DNA from: Promethearchaeota archaeon
GTDB taxonomy: Archaea > Asgardarchaeota > Lokiarchaeia > Sigyniarchaeales > SOKP01
DNA length: 64,000 bases
Direction of reading: 5' to 3'
Assembly (NCBI GenBank): GCA_048938855.1
Contig: JBHLLT010000003.1
Coordinates: 96,001-160,000, forward strand
A program made the translations under genes and the position numbers. The notes under the pieces were generated by a model. It saw nothing but the letters and a program-made list of their open reading frames with translations, did no database searches and was not told the origin of the DNA. This document shows, piece by piece, positions 1-10,183 of this stretch. Each line of letters starts with the position of its first letter. Positions within the stretch are counted from its first letter, which is position 1.

Positions 1-363
1 CCCCTCTTTTTTAATCTCTTCAAATAAGTTGTTGAGTAGCGCTGAACCAATACCTTTTCTCCGCCATTTAGGATTAGTATACATATTCATAATATAAGCA
101 AACTTACCAGTCATATTTATGAAATGAGGTGGCTTTTGCAGGAAGGATAAACCACTAGTAGCAATTATTTCATTATTAGATTCTGCTAACCAAGCGATAA
201 ATTCGTTAGATTTCATCTTATCAAGAAAAAATTGCCCTAATATTTCTCGGAAAATTTCCATATCTTTAACGGAGGGAATTTCTTGGATTTCTGATAAAAA
301 CTTAATGCGGAAATCAATTAAATTGTCTATATCATCAAGATTAGCTTTTCTTAGGGAGTACAT
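1..363 (-). CDS. GNAT family N-acetyltransferase (3' end runs off the window)
   Basis: Not in the ORF track. ATG at 363 on the minus strand reads MYSLRKANLDDIDNLIDFRIKFL...FAYIMNMYTNPKWRRKGIGSALLNNLFEEIKKRG, which contains the R-x-x-G-x-G acetyl-CoA motif. Open to position 1. Confidence 0.85.
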   Translation of the reverse strand, partial: MYSLRKANLDDIDNLIDFRIKFLSEIQEIPSVKDMEIFREILGQFFLDKMKSNEFIAWLAESNNEIIATSGLSFLQKPPHFINMTGKFAYIMNMYTNPKWRRKGIGSALLNNLFEEIKKEG

Positions 364-528
364 AAATATCAAATAAGTTGAAAAATATTTAACTATTCTT
401 ATTGGACTAGATAAAGAATCAAATTATTTTAACTAAGGACAAAAGTATCATAAAAATTTTTAAAGCAAATTTAACGTATTAATAAGTTATTTGAATTGTA
501 TTATGAAATAAATAGAGAATGATTTATA

Positions 529-1023
529 TTGAGTGAAATTAAGAAATTTTTTTGGTTAATCCCTTTAATTGGGGCTACTCTGTCATTATTTGGATTATTT
601 ATTCCAACTTGGTATAGTCCTCCGGTTTGGGTAGGATATTGGTGGATGATAGGTTTAATTTATCATGTCACTGGAGGTAATGTAATCGAGTTTGGCCCGC
701 TTGAAATATCGATTCCTAGTCTTATAGCTTTTGGTTTAATCGCTCTAAGTTCAGCAATAATTATTCTCAATTCCATATTTAAATCAAGAAATAAAACTCT
801 TTGGGGGAATCCTGAGAACTTGTGGATAAAAATGGCATTAATTGAAACTAGTGCTGTCATATTTTATATCATAAGTGTACAAATAGGTTTTTTTATTAAT
901 ACAAGCCTTGTTTTTTGGGATCGACATCTAATTCAATTTGGTTTGATTACCCCTTTTATCGGAGCTGGATTAACTCTGATAGGGGCAATTCTAGAGATTA
1001 AGTTAAATCGGACTACAAAATGA
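529..1023 (+). CDS. Hypothetical membrane protein (about 4 TM helices)
   Basis: 164-aa ORF with four hydrophobic segments; TTG start. Confidence 0.7.
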   Translation: MSEIKKFFWLIPLIGATLSLFGLFIPTWYSPPVWVGYWWMIGLIYHVTGGNVIEFGPLEISIPSLIAFGLIALSSAIIILNSIFKSRNKTLWGNPENLWIKMALIETSAVIFYIISVQIGFFINTSLVFWDRHLIQFGLITPFIGAGLTLIGAILEIKLNRTTK

Positions 1024-1184
1024 ATGATTCAATAATATAAAAAGAGTAAGAAAAAAAAACCAAATAATAAAAATTTAGAATTAAGCTTTAGATTGGTATT
1101 TTCATTAACTTAATTTTGTCATTTTAAAATCAATAATACAAATTATCTTAAATTTTTTTAAATCATATCCTAATATTAAAATTC

Positions 1185-2597
1185 TCAAGTTTTTCTATTT
1201 GCAACTCCTTTTTCTTTTAAATAATTGAGATATTCAATTTCCTTCTTTTCATGAATCTTAATTAATTCTTCTTTTTTAGATAACCATTCAGGTCCTTCTA
1301 AACGGTATAAAATCATTGTTATTGCTCCTATTATCAAAAATATCGCGGGTAATAGTGCAAATCCTATTAATATTCCTAGTTGGGCAAGATAGTCTTGGGA
1401 TTGAATTCCTTCCTGAAAACCAAACCTTGAAATAATTGTTAAAAATAGCCAATTCGCAATTGATATGGCCGGTTTAGTAAGTAAAGCGTTTATCCCCGAG
1501 TAGGTGGTTTCTCTCCTCTTGCCTGTTCTTGTTTCATCATAGTCTACAATATCAGCAATAATAACTTGATTCGTTAGCATATAACCTGACATTCCAATGC
1601 CAATAAAAATAAATCCGATTAATGCAGTTCCAAAATTCCATCCAATGAAAAACACTAGTATAAAACTTAATCCTGTCCATAAAATTGAAAAAATAAATGT
1701 TTTTTTAACCCCATACCAAACAATTAATTTATTAAAAACAATAAAAAAAGCAAAAATTACAAGAAAAACAATCATTAATGGAATTGAGGCTTTAAAGCCG
1801 CTAATTACAAGAACATAATCAAGATAATAGTAAATTCCTGTAGTTAGAATTGTTTGTGCCAAGGTAAATGAAAAATTAGATATTTCAAAAATTAAGAAAG
1901 GTTTATTCTTAAACGTCTCAACAATACCCTTGGTCACCGGAAGGGGAGTTTCCAATTGCGTATACTTATTCTCCTTTAAGTAAAAACTACTTATGAATAA
2001 TATTATAGCCGAGATGATTCCCACAATAATCATAGTAAAAAGAAAGACAGAGTCATCTACTAGCGCCTCATTTCCTGTTAGCAAAACTATTGGCAATATG
2101 AAAGAAATTAGTAACCCAATTGAATTTAAAATATTCCCATAAACTAATAAATTAGCTCTTTCTTTTGCGGTCATTGCCATTTCTGCAGGGAGAGTAAAAT
2201 TAATGAGCCCTAATATAGTAAATATAGTATCAAATGCAAAAAGAACAATTAAAAAATTTATAAAAAGAGCTATTTGATTTGTTATATCTACAAAAGGAAA
2301 CCAACATAATATAAAAATAATACCATAAACTGGAGCACCAAACCGAATGTAGAAAATTCTTCTCCCGTACTTCTCAGATTTGGTTCTATCTCCTATAAAA
2401 CCAAAAAGAGGATCATTAATCGCATTCCATAATGAAAATATCATCCAAGCTATTCCAATTAATTCCGGATTTAATCCTAATCTCACATTATAAAAAAAAG
2501 TTATCGCAGAAAAAGTTATTTGAGATGGTAAGCTTATACCAGCCCCAAGTCCCCCATAAGCTAGCTTAGATTTTAACGGTAATTTACTCATAGTCAT
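1185..2597 (-). CDS. MFS transporter, glycoside-pentoside-hexuronide (MelB-like) family
   Basis: About 12 TM segments; motifs WNAINDPLFGFIGDRT..YGRR and IIADIVDYDETRTGKRRE. Start probably ATG 2597 or 2591 rather than TTG 2609. Confidence 0.9.
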   Translation of the reverse strand: MTMSKLPLKSKLAYGGLGAGISLPSQITFSAITFFYNVRLGLNPELIGIAWMIFSLWNAINDPLFGFIGDRTKSEKYGRRIFYIRFGAPVYGIIFILCWFPFVDITNQIALFINFLIVLFAFDTIFTILGLINFTLPAEMAMTAKERANLLVYGNILNSIGLLISFILPIVLLTGNEALVDDSVFLFTMIIVGIISAIILFISSFYLKENKYTQLETPLPVTKGIVETFKNKPFLIFEISNFSFTLAQTILTTGIYYYLDYVLVISGFKASIPLMIVFLVIFAFFIVFNKLIVWYGVKKTFIFSILWTGLSFILVFFIGWNFGTALIGFIFIGIGMSGYMLTNQVIIADIVDYDETRTGKRRETTYSGINALLTKPAISIANWLFLTIISRFGFQEGIQSQDYLAQLGILIGFALLPAIFLIIGAITMILYRLEGPEWLSKKEELIKIHEKKEIEYLNYLKEKGVANRKT

Positions 2598-2733
2598 TTT
2601 TTCTTTCAAATGTAATTTAGATAAAAAGATATACTTAAAACTATTGACTCTACTGACTTATAATTTGAAAATCCGATTAATTATAGCTAAAAAAATTAAG
2701 AATAAAAAATAAAAGATTTTGAAAATAAAAAAT

Positions 2734-3294
2734 TTAGGCTTCAGTTTCTTTCAATATTTCGCCAAAAAGGCGCTTTACAGCATCAATTCGCTTTTCTTCT
2801 CCAATTTGTTCTACATTTTTTAATGAAATTGCCTCTTTTGGACAAACGTCAATACAAGCAGGATATTTTTCTCCTCTCTCAGGATTAATGTAATCATCTT
2901 TCATTGTATCGCAGAGGTCACAAATAAGAGCCTTCTGGGATTGGATATGCAAGCTTAGAACACCAAAATCGCATGCTCTAATACAAAAAGCGCATCCATT
3001 ACATTTATCATCGTCTACGATAATTGAACCTGTTTCTTTATCTTGTTCTAAAGCTTTTTCGGGACAACTTCTAACACAGGGAGCATCATCACATTTTTGG
3101 CATGCTAACGCAACATTTAAGATAGGTTCAATCCTTACCCTATGGATTCTTGTATTTATTGGATTAAACTCACCATCATGGACAAAAGAACAAACTGATT
3201 CACATGTTTCGCACCCTGTACATAAATCAGGATCGACAACAATAAATTGGTGGACAACTCCGCCTCTCTTTTTAGTTGTTTGTGTTTTTGACAT
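2734..3294 (-). CDS. 4Fe-4S polyferredoxin (DmsB/NrfC-like) subunit associated with AOR
   Basis: Four Cys groups (CTGCETCESVC, CQKCDDAPCVRSCP, CNGCAFCIRAC, CDLC...PACIDVCP); abuts the AOR stop codon. Confidence 0.9.
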   Translation of the reverse strand: MSKTQTTKKRGGVVHQFIVVDPDLCTGCETCESVCSFVHDGEFNPINTRIHRVRIEPILNVALACQKCDDAPCVRSCPEKALEQDKETGSIIVDDDKCNGCAFCIRACDFGVLSLHIQSQKALICDLCDTMKDDYINPERGEKYPACIDVCPKEAISLKNVEQIGEEKRIDAVKRLFGEILKETEA

Positions 3295-5220
3295 TTATTT
3301 CTTACCTCCAGCGGGGTTTAATTTACCAATTACAAAATCTAATCCAAGAGACTTCAAGGTATCATCAGTTGGAATTCCTGTTTTAGAATCCCATCCTCGA
3401 GCTTCGTAATAACCACTTAATAACTTTTGATAACCATCTTCCTTCAAAGTGACTCCCTTTGCAGGTCCTCTTGTATGCGCTTCTTTAAAGAATCGATCAG
3501 GAGGTCTATCATCATTTCTGGTCCAACCTTCTCGTATATTAAAACATTTTGAAAGTGTTACGATCGCATCTCCTCTTAATTTAATAAAATCTTCAGTTAC
3601 GGGAATCCCTGTGACTAGCTCAAAAACTTTGGCCATTTCTGCATCGTTTTCATAAATTCCTCGAGTAAATTTACATACGATATATGAATCAATTATGGCA
3701 TAGATGTCTTCTAATGATTTGATGGCCTTCCCTCTCTCGACAGGTTTATCATAAGCAAATCTGTCGAAGTTACCTTTAGCATCGAGTCCATAAGAGCCAT
3801 TTCTTAAATGACATGCGCCACGAATAGAAACACTCATTCCCACTGCAAATGAGTTCATGCCATGTACGTCAAAAGCAGGTATTTCTAATCCTTTAATATG
3901 CATACCATAATAACTTGCATTTTTTCTGCCCATTTCTTCTAATCGCTTTCCAGCTTCACGAGTTCCATCTCCAAAAATCTTACCTGCAAACCCTTTACCA
4001 AGAATCATTTCCTCTGTAAATCTCACAAGATTAACTGTAGAGCCAAAAGGTAATTCATAGCCTAAATCTTCTTTAGTGATAATTCCTTCTTCGAAACATT
4101 CGCACGCCATAGCGGCCGTTACGCCTGCACTAATAGCATCTACACCTAAATCATCAGTTAAAGACACACATTTAAACACAGTAGGCCAATCGAAATTGCC
4201 GCAAGCAGAACCAAAACTATAACACAATTCTTGATCAATACTTGAATAGAGATTAGGCCAATTTGGGTGATCTTTTGGTATCTTAGTGATATGATCACAC
4301 CCTATAGAACATTGAGAACACGCAACTTTTTTAACCACCCAATCTTGATTTAATATATCCCCAGTAAAAGTTCCATCATCAACTTTATCCCAGGTACCTT
4401 CACGATGATTGAAAGTAGGCATCATTCCAAGTTTATTATAACTGGTTATTCCTGCGGGAGTACCTAAATCACGATACTTAGCAGTCGCGGGGCCATTTGC
4501 AACCTTAATTAGCTTTTTAGCTAATTTAAAGAACTCTACAGGCTGTGCAACATTAATTCCTTTAGTACCTCTAAAACATATTGCTTTTAGGTTTTTAGAT
4601 CCCATAACAGCGCCCATTCCGGTTCTTCCAGCTTGCCTATTGCGATCATTAGTGATACTTCCCATGTGACTAGCACGTTCTCCTCCTGGGCCAATAGTCA
4701 TTATTCCAAGACGATAATCTTGAAATTCATTTCTTAGAATTTCTTCTGTTTCCCAACATCCTTTTCCCCATACTGTGTCTTTACATGGTACTAAGTAGTG
4801 ATCATCATCATCAATAACCAGGTAAACAGGCTCTGGAGCTTTACCTTTAACCACAATCATATTAATACCAGCACGTCTTGCTTGAGCTGCAACGGAACCA
4901 GAAGAAATTGCCATCCCAAACATATTTGTTAAGGGAGATTTAGCAAATACCCCATATTTACTGGAAGTAGGTAAGATCGTTCCTGGAAAAGGACCCTGTG
5001 CATAAACGAAGACGTTCTCAGGACTTAGAGGATCAACACCAGCTGGACATTCGTCCCACAACACCTTACTTGCAAAACCATATCCACCAATCCAATCTCT
5101 ACAGAATTCATTTGATAATGTAGATTTACTAATTTTTCCATCTGTGAGATTAACATCAAGTCGAACCTGCGTAAACCCTTTTACTTTATCAGGAACAGCT
5201 ATTTCCTTAGTTTTACTCAT
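3295..5220 (-). CDS. aor: Aldehyde:ferredoxin oxidoreductase (tungstopterin AOR/WOR family)
   Basis: AKSPLT, RQAGRTGMGAVMGSKNLKAI, CSQCSIGC, DDLGVDAIS, RGACH and YYEARGWD motifs. ATG 5220 is preceded by a GTGA ribosome-binding site. Confidence 0.93.
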   Translation of the reverse strand: MSKTKEIAVPDKVKGFTQVRLDVNLTDGKISKSTLSNEFCRDWIGGYGFASKVLWDECPAGVDPLSPENVFVYAQGPFPGTILPTSSKYGVFAKSPLTNMFGMAISSGSVAAQARRAGINMIVVKGKAPEPVYLVIDDDDHYLVPCKDTVWGKGCWETEEILRNEFQDYRLGIMTIGPGGERASHMGSITNDRNRQAGRTGMGAVMGSKNLKAICFRGTKGINVAQPVEFFKLAKKLIKVANGPATAKYRDLGTPAGITSYNKLGMMPTFNHREGTWDKVDDGTFTGDILNQDWVVKKVACSQCSIGCDHITKIPKDHPNWPNLYSSIDQELCYSFGSACGNFDWPTVFKCVSLTDDLGVDAISAGVTAAMACECFEEGIITKEDLGYELPFGSTVNLVRFTEEMILGKGFAGKIFGDGTREAGKRLEEMGRKNASYYGMHIKGLEIPAFDVHGMNSFAVGMSVSIRGACHLRNGSYGLDAKGNFDRFAYDKPVERGKAIKSLEDIYAIIDSYIVCKFTRGIYENDAEMAKVFELVTGIPVTEDFIKLRGDAIVTLSKCFNIREGWTRNDDRPPDRFFKEAHTRGPAKGVTLKEDGYQKLLSGYYEARGWDSKTGIPTDDTLKSLGLDFVIGKLNPAGGKK

Positions 5221-5406
5221 GTTTTTCACAACTAGTTGTAAGTTTATATTTTAAATAGATTGTAGATATTAAAAATAAATAACCAAAATTTTAAAGGTTA
5301 CTTGTTAATCCTAAAAATCTCTCACATTAAAATTCTTATATAATGAATTTATCTAAATAATTGAATAATAAATAGTTTACAAATCTGTAAAAAATGAAAA
5401 AAGTAA

Positions 5407-7191
5407 TTATTTTGTTAGTTTTTCTAACTGATCTACAAATTCCTCAAATTGCTTAATTCCAAGTTGCCAAAAATCAGCTTTAGTAATATCTAAACCTACA
5501 ATCTTACTTAGCTCTTCTGGTGATAAGCTACAACCGGCACTTAAAAGTTTCTTAAATTTAAGAACAAATTCTTTACCCTCATTTTTATATGTATGATATA
5601 ATGCGTAAACGAAGAGCTGGGCATAAATATAAGGGTAATTGTAGAAACGAAAGTTTGGAAGGAAATAATGCGGTGCGGTGATCCAAATCCATTTCATCTC
5701 ATCAAACCATTCAATAGAATCTCTATATACATTATCTCTAGCAGCACACCAGTACTGAGATATCGTTTGTCCATCTAAAAATTCACCTTTATTAATTGCG
5801 TTATAGAGATTCTGTTCAAATCTAAATCGTGCACTATGGCTAAAAATATAACTCGCAAGATTTATTTGGTTTGTTAACAATGAAATCCTTTCATTTTTAG
5901 CCTTAATAGTATTTAATAAATAGTCAGTCAATAATAACTCACCAAATTTTGACGCGGTCTCCGCTACTACCATTCCTGGGATATAATTTAAAAATGTTTG
6001 TTCTCTAGACGAGAGATAACTATGAATTCCATGACCCATTTCATGAGTGACAAAAAGCAAATCACTCACCAATCCTTTGAAAGAAGTCAATATAAAGGCA
6101 GATTTTCCTTTATACCAAGGATAACAGTAAATTCCCCCCGTTTTACCTTCTCTCGTACTCGCATCAATATGATTTCTAATAAACATATCGTTTGCATATT
6201 CACCAAATATTTCATCAAATTTAGCATAAACTCGGACAATAAGTTCCTTTGCTTCTTCCCATGTATACCTCTTCTCAAAAGGGGGAAAAGCCCATAAGTC
6301 AACACCATTTAACTTTGGCAGATTTAGTAGTTTTTCTTTAATTTTTAAGAATTTTTGATAAATTCCGATATTATCCTCTATTGTTTTAATTAGACTATCA
6401 ATGATGTGTTGAGTAGTATCATTATCAAGGAGACTTTGATGGATAGGGTTATCATAATGTCTCCGATTCACAATTTTTACCCAATCACTGCAAATATATC
6501 TTAGTGCTGAAGAATATATTTCTTCTTCATTTCCTAATGAACCGCAAACTGCTTTAATCACAGATATTCGAGTGCTTCTGTCTGGATGATGCAATAAAGG
6601 AACAAAATCGCTAATAGTTATCATCTTTTCTTTTCCTTCAACTCTAACTTTAAATTTTCTAGAACTCATCCATGAATCTTTTAATTGTTCCCATGCGATA
6701 ACACCAGATTCATCTTTTTCTAAAATTATTTGTTCTTCGGTTTCTGACAGTTTATAAGGAGACTTTGCTTTAATTTTTTTAAGATAATGTTGATAGTTAT
6801 TAAGAACTTCTTTTTCTACTAATTGAGGGTTAGTGTTAACCAATTTTCCTATTTCTAACTCCAAAAATGCTAATTTTTTTTCTAAAGATGTTTTTAAATT
6901 TTGATATTTATTAAGCAGTTCTTTATTTTCGGGAATAAGTGTATTTGCATTAAATAAATTCCAACAAAAGACTTCTAAATCTTGCTGACCTACTAATATT
7001 GATTCATATTTTTCTAATAGATTGTGCAAATTTTGGGCAGAAAAATTGGTGGTGTTAATTCTACCTTTGTATTCATTTACAATTTCATCAGAATCTTTAA
7101 GGAGAGCATCCATATTTTCTGAAATTTTCGGGTCATCACATCCAGAAAAAATCTCGCTTAAATCCCATGCGATTTCTTTTTCAGTCATCAT
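5407..7191 (-). CDS. pepF: Oligoendopeptidase F (M3B family zinc peptidase)
   Basis: N-terminal WDLS motif, HEMGH zinc motif, downstream AETAS and FYNYPY. Confidence 0.92.
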   Translation of the reverse strand: MMTEKEIAWDLSEIFSGCDDPKISENMDALLKDSDEIVNEYKGRINTTNFSAQNLHNLLEKYESILVGQQDLEVFCWNLFNANTLIPENKELLNKYQNLKTSLEKKLAFLELEIGKLVNTNPQLVEKEVLNNYQHYLKKIKAKSPYKLSETEEQIILEKDESGVIAWEQLKDSWMSSRKFKVRVEGKEKMITISDFVPLLHHPDRSTRISVIKAVCGSLGNEEEIYSSALRYICSDWVKIVNRRHYDNPIHQSLLDNDTTQHIIDSLIKTIEDNIGIYQKFLKIKEKLLNLPKLNGVDLWAFPPFEKRYTWEEAKELIVRVYAKFDEIFGEYANDMFIRNHIDASTREGKTGGIYCYPWYKGKSAFILTSFKGLVSDLLFVTHEMGHGIHSYLSSREQTFLNYIPGMVVAETASKFGELLLTDYLLNTIKAKNERISLLTNQINLASYIFSHSARFRFEQNLYNAINKGEFLDGQTISQYWCAARDNVYRDSIEWFDEMKWIWITAPHYFLPNFRFYNYPYIYAQLFVYALYHTYKNEGKEFVLKFKKLLSAGCSLSPEELSKIVGLDITKADFWQLGIKQFEEFVDQLEKLTK

Positions 7192-7326
7192 AAACAACTT
7201 ATATAATTATTGAAACGTGCCCATTAACTTTTCTGTAAGTAATTATACCTTTTAAGTGTATGCCAATATTTCCAAGAAATTAGAACAAATAAAGCAGACT
7301 ATGAGAAAAGATAAGTTAGCAAAATA

Positions 7327-10089
7327 TTATATTAAGAATAGTACTTTTCCTAGAAAGCTTACTATATCAATGACTTTAATTTTATTTTTTAATTCTCTAT
7401 TTTCATTGAGATAACAATTCAAATGAGTAATACATTTAGGACATGCCGTAATTAGATATTCTGCTCCGGTCTCAATTGCTTGCAATATCTTTTTCTCTTG
7501 GAACTTTTTTGAATCTTGATTACAAGAAATATAAGCAGAAACACCACAACAATCAGCATCTTCCTTAGAGTCCTCCATTTCTATTAACTCTATAGATGGT
7601 ACGAGATTTAAAACATCACGAGGGGCATCAAAAACATTACTAAATCGCCCTAGTCTACATGGGTCGTGATAGGTCACTTTAATTTTATCCATTACGGGAT
7701 ATGTTATGTTTTCTAATAATTTTTCTTTGAGAATATATTCAGTTATGTGGTAAAACTCAAAATCAAAATCATGATTACCTTTAAATAATTTTTTATATTC
7801 GTTTTTCCAAGTATAATAACCCTCAGCGCAGTTAAAGATAATTGTCTTGACACCTGCATCTTTAAATAATTTGAAATTATATTCTGCTAATTTTTTAAAC
7901 GTATCAGTATCTCCTTGCCAAAGAGCATCATGTCCACAGCACTTTTCTTGAGGTAGAACAACTGGAGTTATATCATTTCGATTTAATAAACCAATAACAC
8001 TTTTAGGAATATGATAATAATTAGATGCATTTATTGAAGGCCAAATATCTTGGCTTCCATAATCACAGTTCATAATACCTGATGAGTCCAGAGCTTTCTC
8101 AAAATCTTCTGGCATTTGATCGGAATTACAACAGCAATTACAGTTTAAACATCGGTTAGCTTCTTTTTTAGCTTGTTCTTCAGTAAAACCTAATTCCATT
8201 TCATCAAAACAGACTAATCTCTCAGAGCTAGGCATAAAGTTCATATCTTGACATACTTGTGTTTGAATATACTTTTTTGGTATGGTAGACCGCTTAAGGT
8301 CATTCTTTCTTATTCTTCCTTCCTTTAAGTCAAAACCTCGGAGATATCTATCAATTGAGTAAGCTGCTTCTCTTCCATCTCCAACAGCATCGACTGCGCA
8401 CATTAACGAATTATTAATAATATCTCCTCCAGCAAAGACTCCAGGAATACCAGTTTCATAAGTTAGATTATCAACTATAACTTTACCTCGATCTATTTTT
8501 AATTTATTATCTGTAGCAGTAAGAAGAGGTTCATCATTGAGACCTTGACCAATAGCTATTACAATATGATCAACAATAATTTTGAATTCTGAATCTTCAA
8601 TTTTACTTAAGGGTCGTCTACCAGTTTCTGGATCTGGATCTCCCCATTTAATTTTATAACAATTTAACGCTAATTTACCATTAGGTTCTTGAGTGATGTT
8701 TACTGTTGATGTTTCAAAATGATATTCCATAACTTCTCTTTCAGCTTCATGTAAGTCATCCAATACTTTTTTTAGAGCTTCTTCAGTTAAAATATCGACA
8801 AGGTCAACTTTAGTAGCTCCCAAGCGAAGAACCGTCTCACCAACATCAACTGCTACAGCACCTCCACCTATAATGCCAAAAGTCTTACCTTTAAACTCTT
8901 CGGGGTTCTCACTACATTTATACTTCCGTTCTAAAAGAAAATCTATTGCCACATCGACATTGGGTAAATCTTCTCCTTCGAGTCTAAGAGTTTTGGGAAC
9001 ATATAATCCTACAGCAATAAAAATTGCTTTAAACCCTTGCTCCCAAAGATCTTCAATTGTGAAATTTGGACCAAATTCTTTATTTAAAACCATTTCTACA
9101 CCCATACTTTTTATAAATTCTATATCTTGGTCAAGTGCCTCATCAGAAAGTCTATATTGTGGAACACCGTATCTAACGACACCTCCAATTTTATCTCCTT
9201 TTTCAAAAATCGTTGGTTTATATCCCATTCTTGCGAGAAAATATGCTGCAGATAAACCACCTGGTCCAGCACCAATCACAGCTACTTTTTCCTTTGTCTG
9301 AGGCACTGGTTTTATTTTAGTTTGGTTTGGATGTTCAACCTCCCAGTCACAGACAAATCTTTTTAATTCACGTATAGCTATTGGAGCATCAAAATGTTGA
9401 CGGTTACAATTTAATGCACATTGAGCAGTGCAAATCCGCCCACATAAGTATGGTAACGGATTTGTTTCTCTTATCAGATCTAAAGCCTCTTGATATTTCC
9501 CCTCAGCTATAAGAGATACATAACCTTGAACGTCAACTCCCGCAGGGCATCCAACAACACATGGTGCAGAACCTGTTAAAAAGGGAACACATCCCATAAA
9601 ATATGCAATTTCTCCCTTATCAGTTGTTTTTAATCCTGATCCATCGAGGAATCCTATTTTATTAGTAAATTTTATTTTATCCTCAGCCATTAATTTTGGT
9701 AGACTTGAGTATACCCTTTCGTGATTACAGCTTAATAATCCTTCTTGTAATGGCTTATATTCTGAAACAAGAGAGCGAAGATCTTTAATGATTTGAGTAA
9801 AATTTACACCAGTGTCTTCCTTAGTCATAGGACAATAAATTGAGCATAATCCACAGGTTAAGCACTTCCAAATATCATTATTTTGTAAAGCTTCTTCTGG
9901 TGTTAGGAATGTCAAATCTGTAATTAAGCTACGAGGGTAAAAAATGCCGATAAAGGCAGTTGGACATACATTATTGCAACGATTACAGTTATAACAATAA
10001 TTAGCAGCAGAATTTACTTTTTTAAGCAATTCTATTGAATTAACACTAGTAATTTTTTCACTAGTTGCTTTATCGTTAGATTCAGTCAT
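7327..10089 (-). CDS. HdrC/HdrD-like Fe-S/CCG protein with an internal GltD-like FAD/NAD(P)H oxidoreductase module
   Basis: N-terminal 2x[4Fe-4S] motifs (CYNCNRCNNVCP, CLTCGLCSIYCP). Middle GltD-type block (PCVVGCP, CGRICTAQC, GAGPGG, YGVPQYRL, GVFAGGD, EANRCLNC). C-terminal CCG motifs (CCGH, CAEG, YHDPC, CCG, TACPKC). Confidence 0.88.
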   Translation of the reverse strand: MTESNDKATSEKITSVNSIELLKKVNSAANYCYNCNRCNNVCPTAFIGIFYPRSLITDLTFLTPEEALQNNDIWKCLTCGLCSIYCPMTKEDTGVNFTQIIKDLRSLVSEYKPLQEGLLSCNHERVYSSLPKLMAEDKIKFTNKIGFLDGSGLKTTDKGEIAYFMGCVPFLTGSAPCVVGCPAGVDVQGYVSLIAEGKYQEALDLIRETNPLPYLCGRICTAQCALNCNRQHFDAPIAIRELKRFVCDWEVEHPNQTKIKPVPQTKEKVAVIGAGPGGLSAAYFLARMGYKPTIFEKGDKIGGVVRYGVPQYRLSDEALDQDIEFIKSMGVEMVLNKEFGPNFTIEDLWEQGFKAIFIAVGLYVPKTLRLEGEDLPNVDVAIDFLLERKYKCSENPEEFKGKTFGIIGGGAVAVDVGETVLRLGATKVDLVDILTEEALKKVLDDLHEAEREVMEYHFETSTVNITQEPNGKLALNCYKIKWGDPDPETGRRPLSKIEDSEFKIIVDHIVIAIGQGLNDEPLLTATDNKLKIDRGKVIVDNLTYETGIPGVFAGGDIINNSLMCAVDAVGDGREAAYSIDRYLRGFDLKEGRIRKNDLKRSTIPKKYIQTQVCQDMNFMPSSERLVCFDEMELGFTEEQAKKEANRCLNCNCCCNSDQMPEDFEKALDSSGIMNCDYGSQDIWPSINASNYYHIPKSVIGLLNRNDITPVVLPQEKCCGHDALWQGDTDTFKKLAEYNFKLFKDAGVKTIIFNCAEGYYTWKNEYKKLFKGNHDFDFEFYHITEYILKEKLLENITYPVMDKIKVTYHDPCRLGRFSNVFDAPRDVLNLVPSIELIEMEDSKEDADCCGVSAYISCNQDSKKFQEKKILQAIETGAEYLITACPKCITHLNCYLNENRELKNKIKVIDIVSFLGKVLFLI

Positions 10090-10183
10090 TTTATCTCGAG
10101 AAATTAGATCTATTATTGTTAATTAAAAAGGTTATTATAATTTGAATATAACGATTATATTTTGTTAAAAGAATTATTAATAC

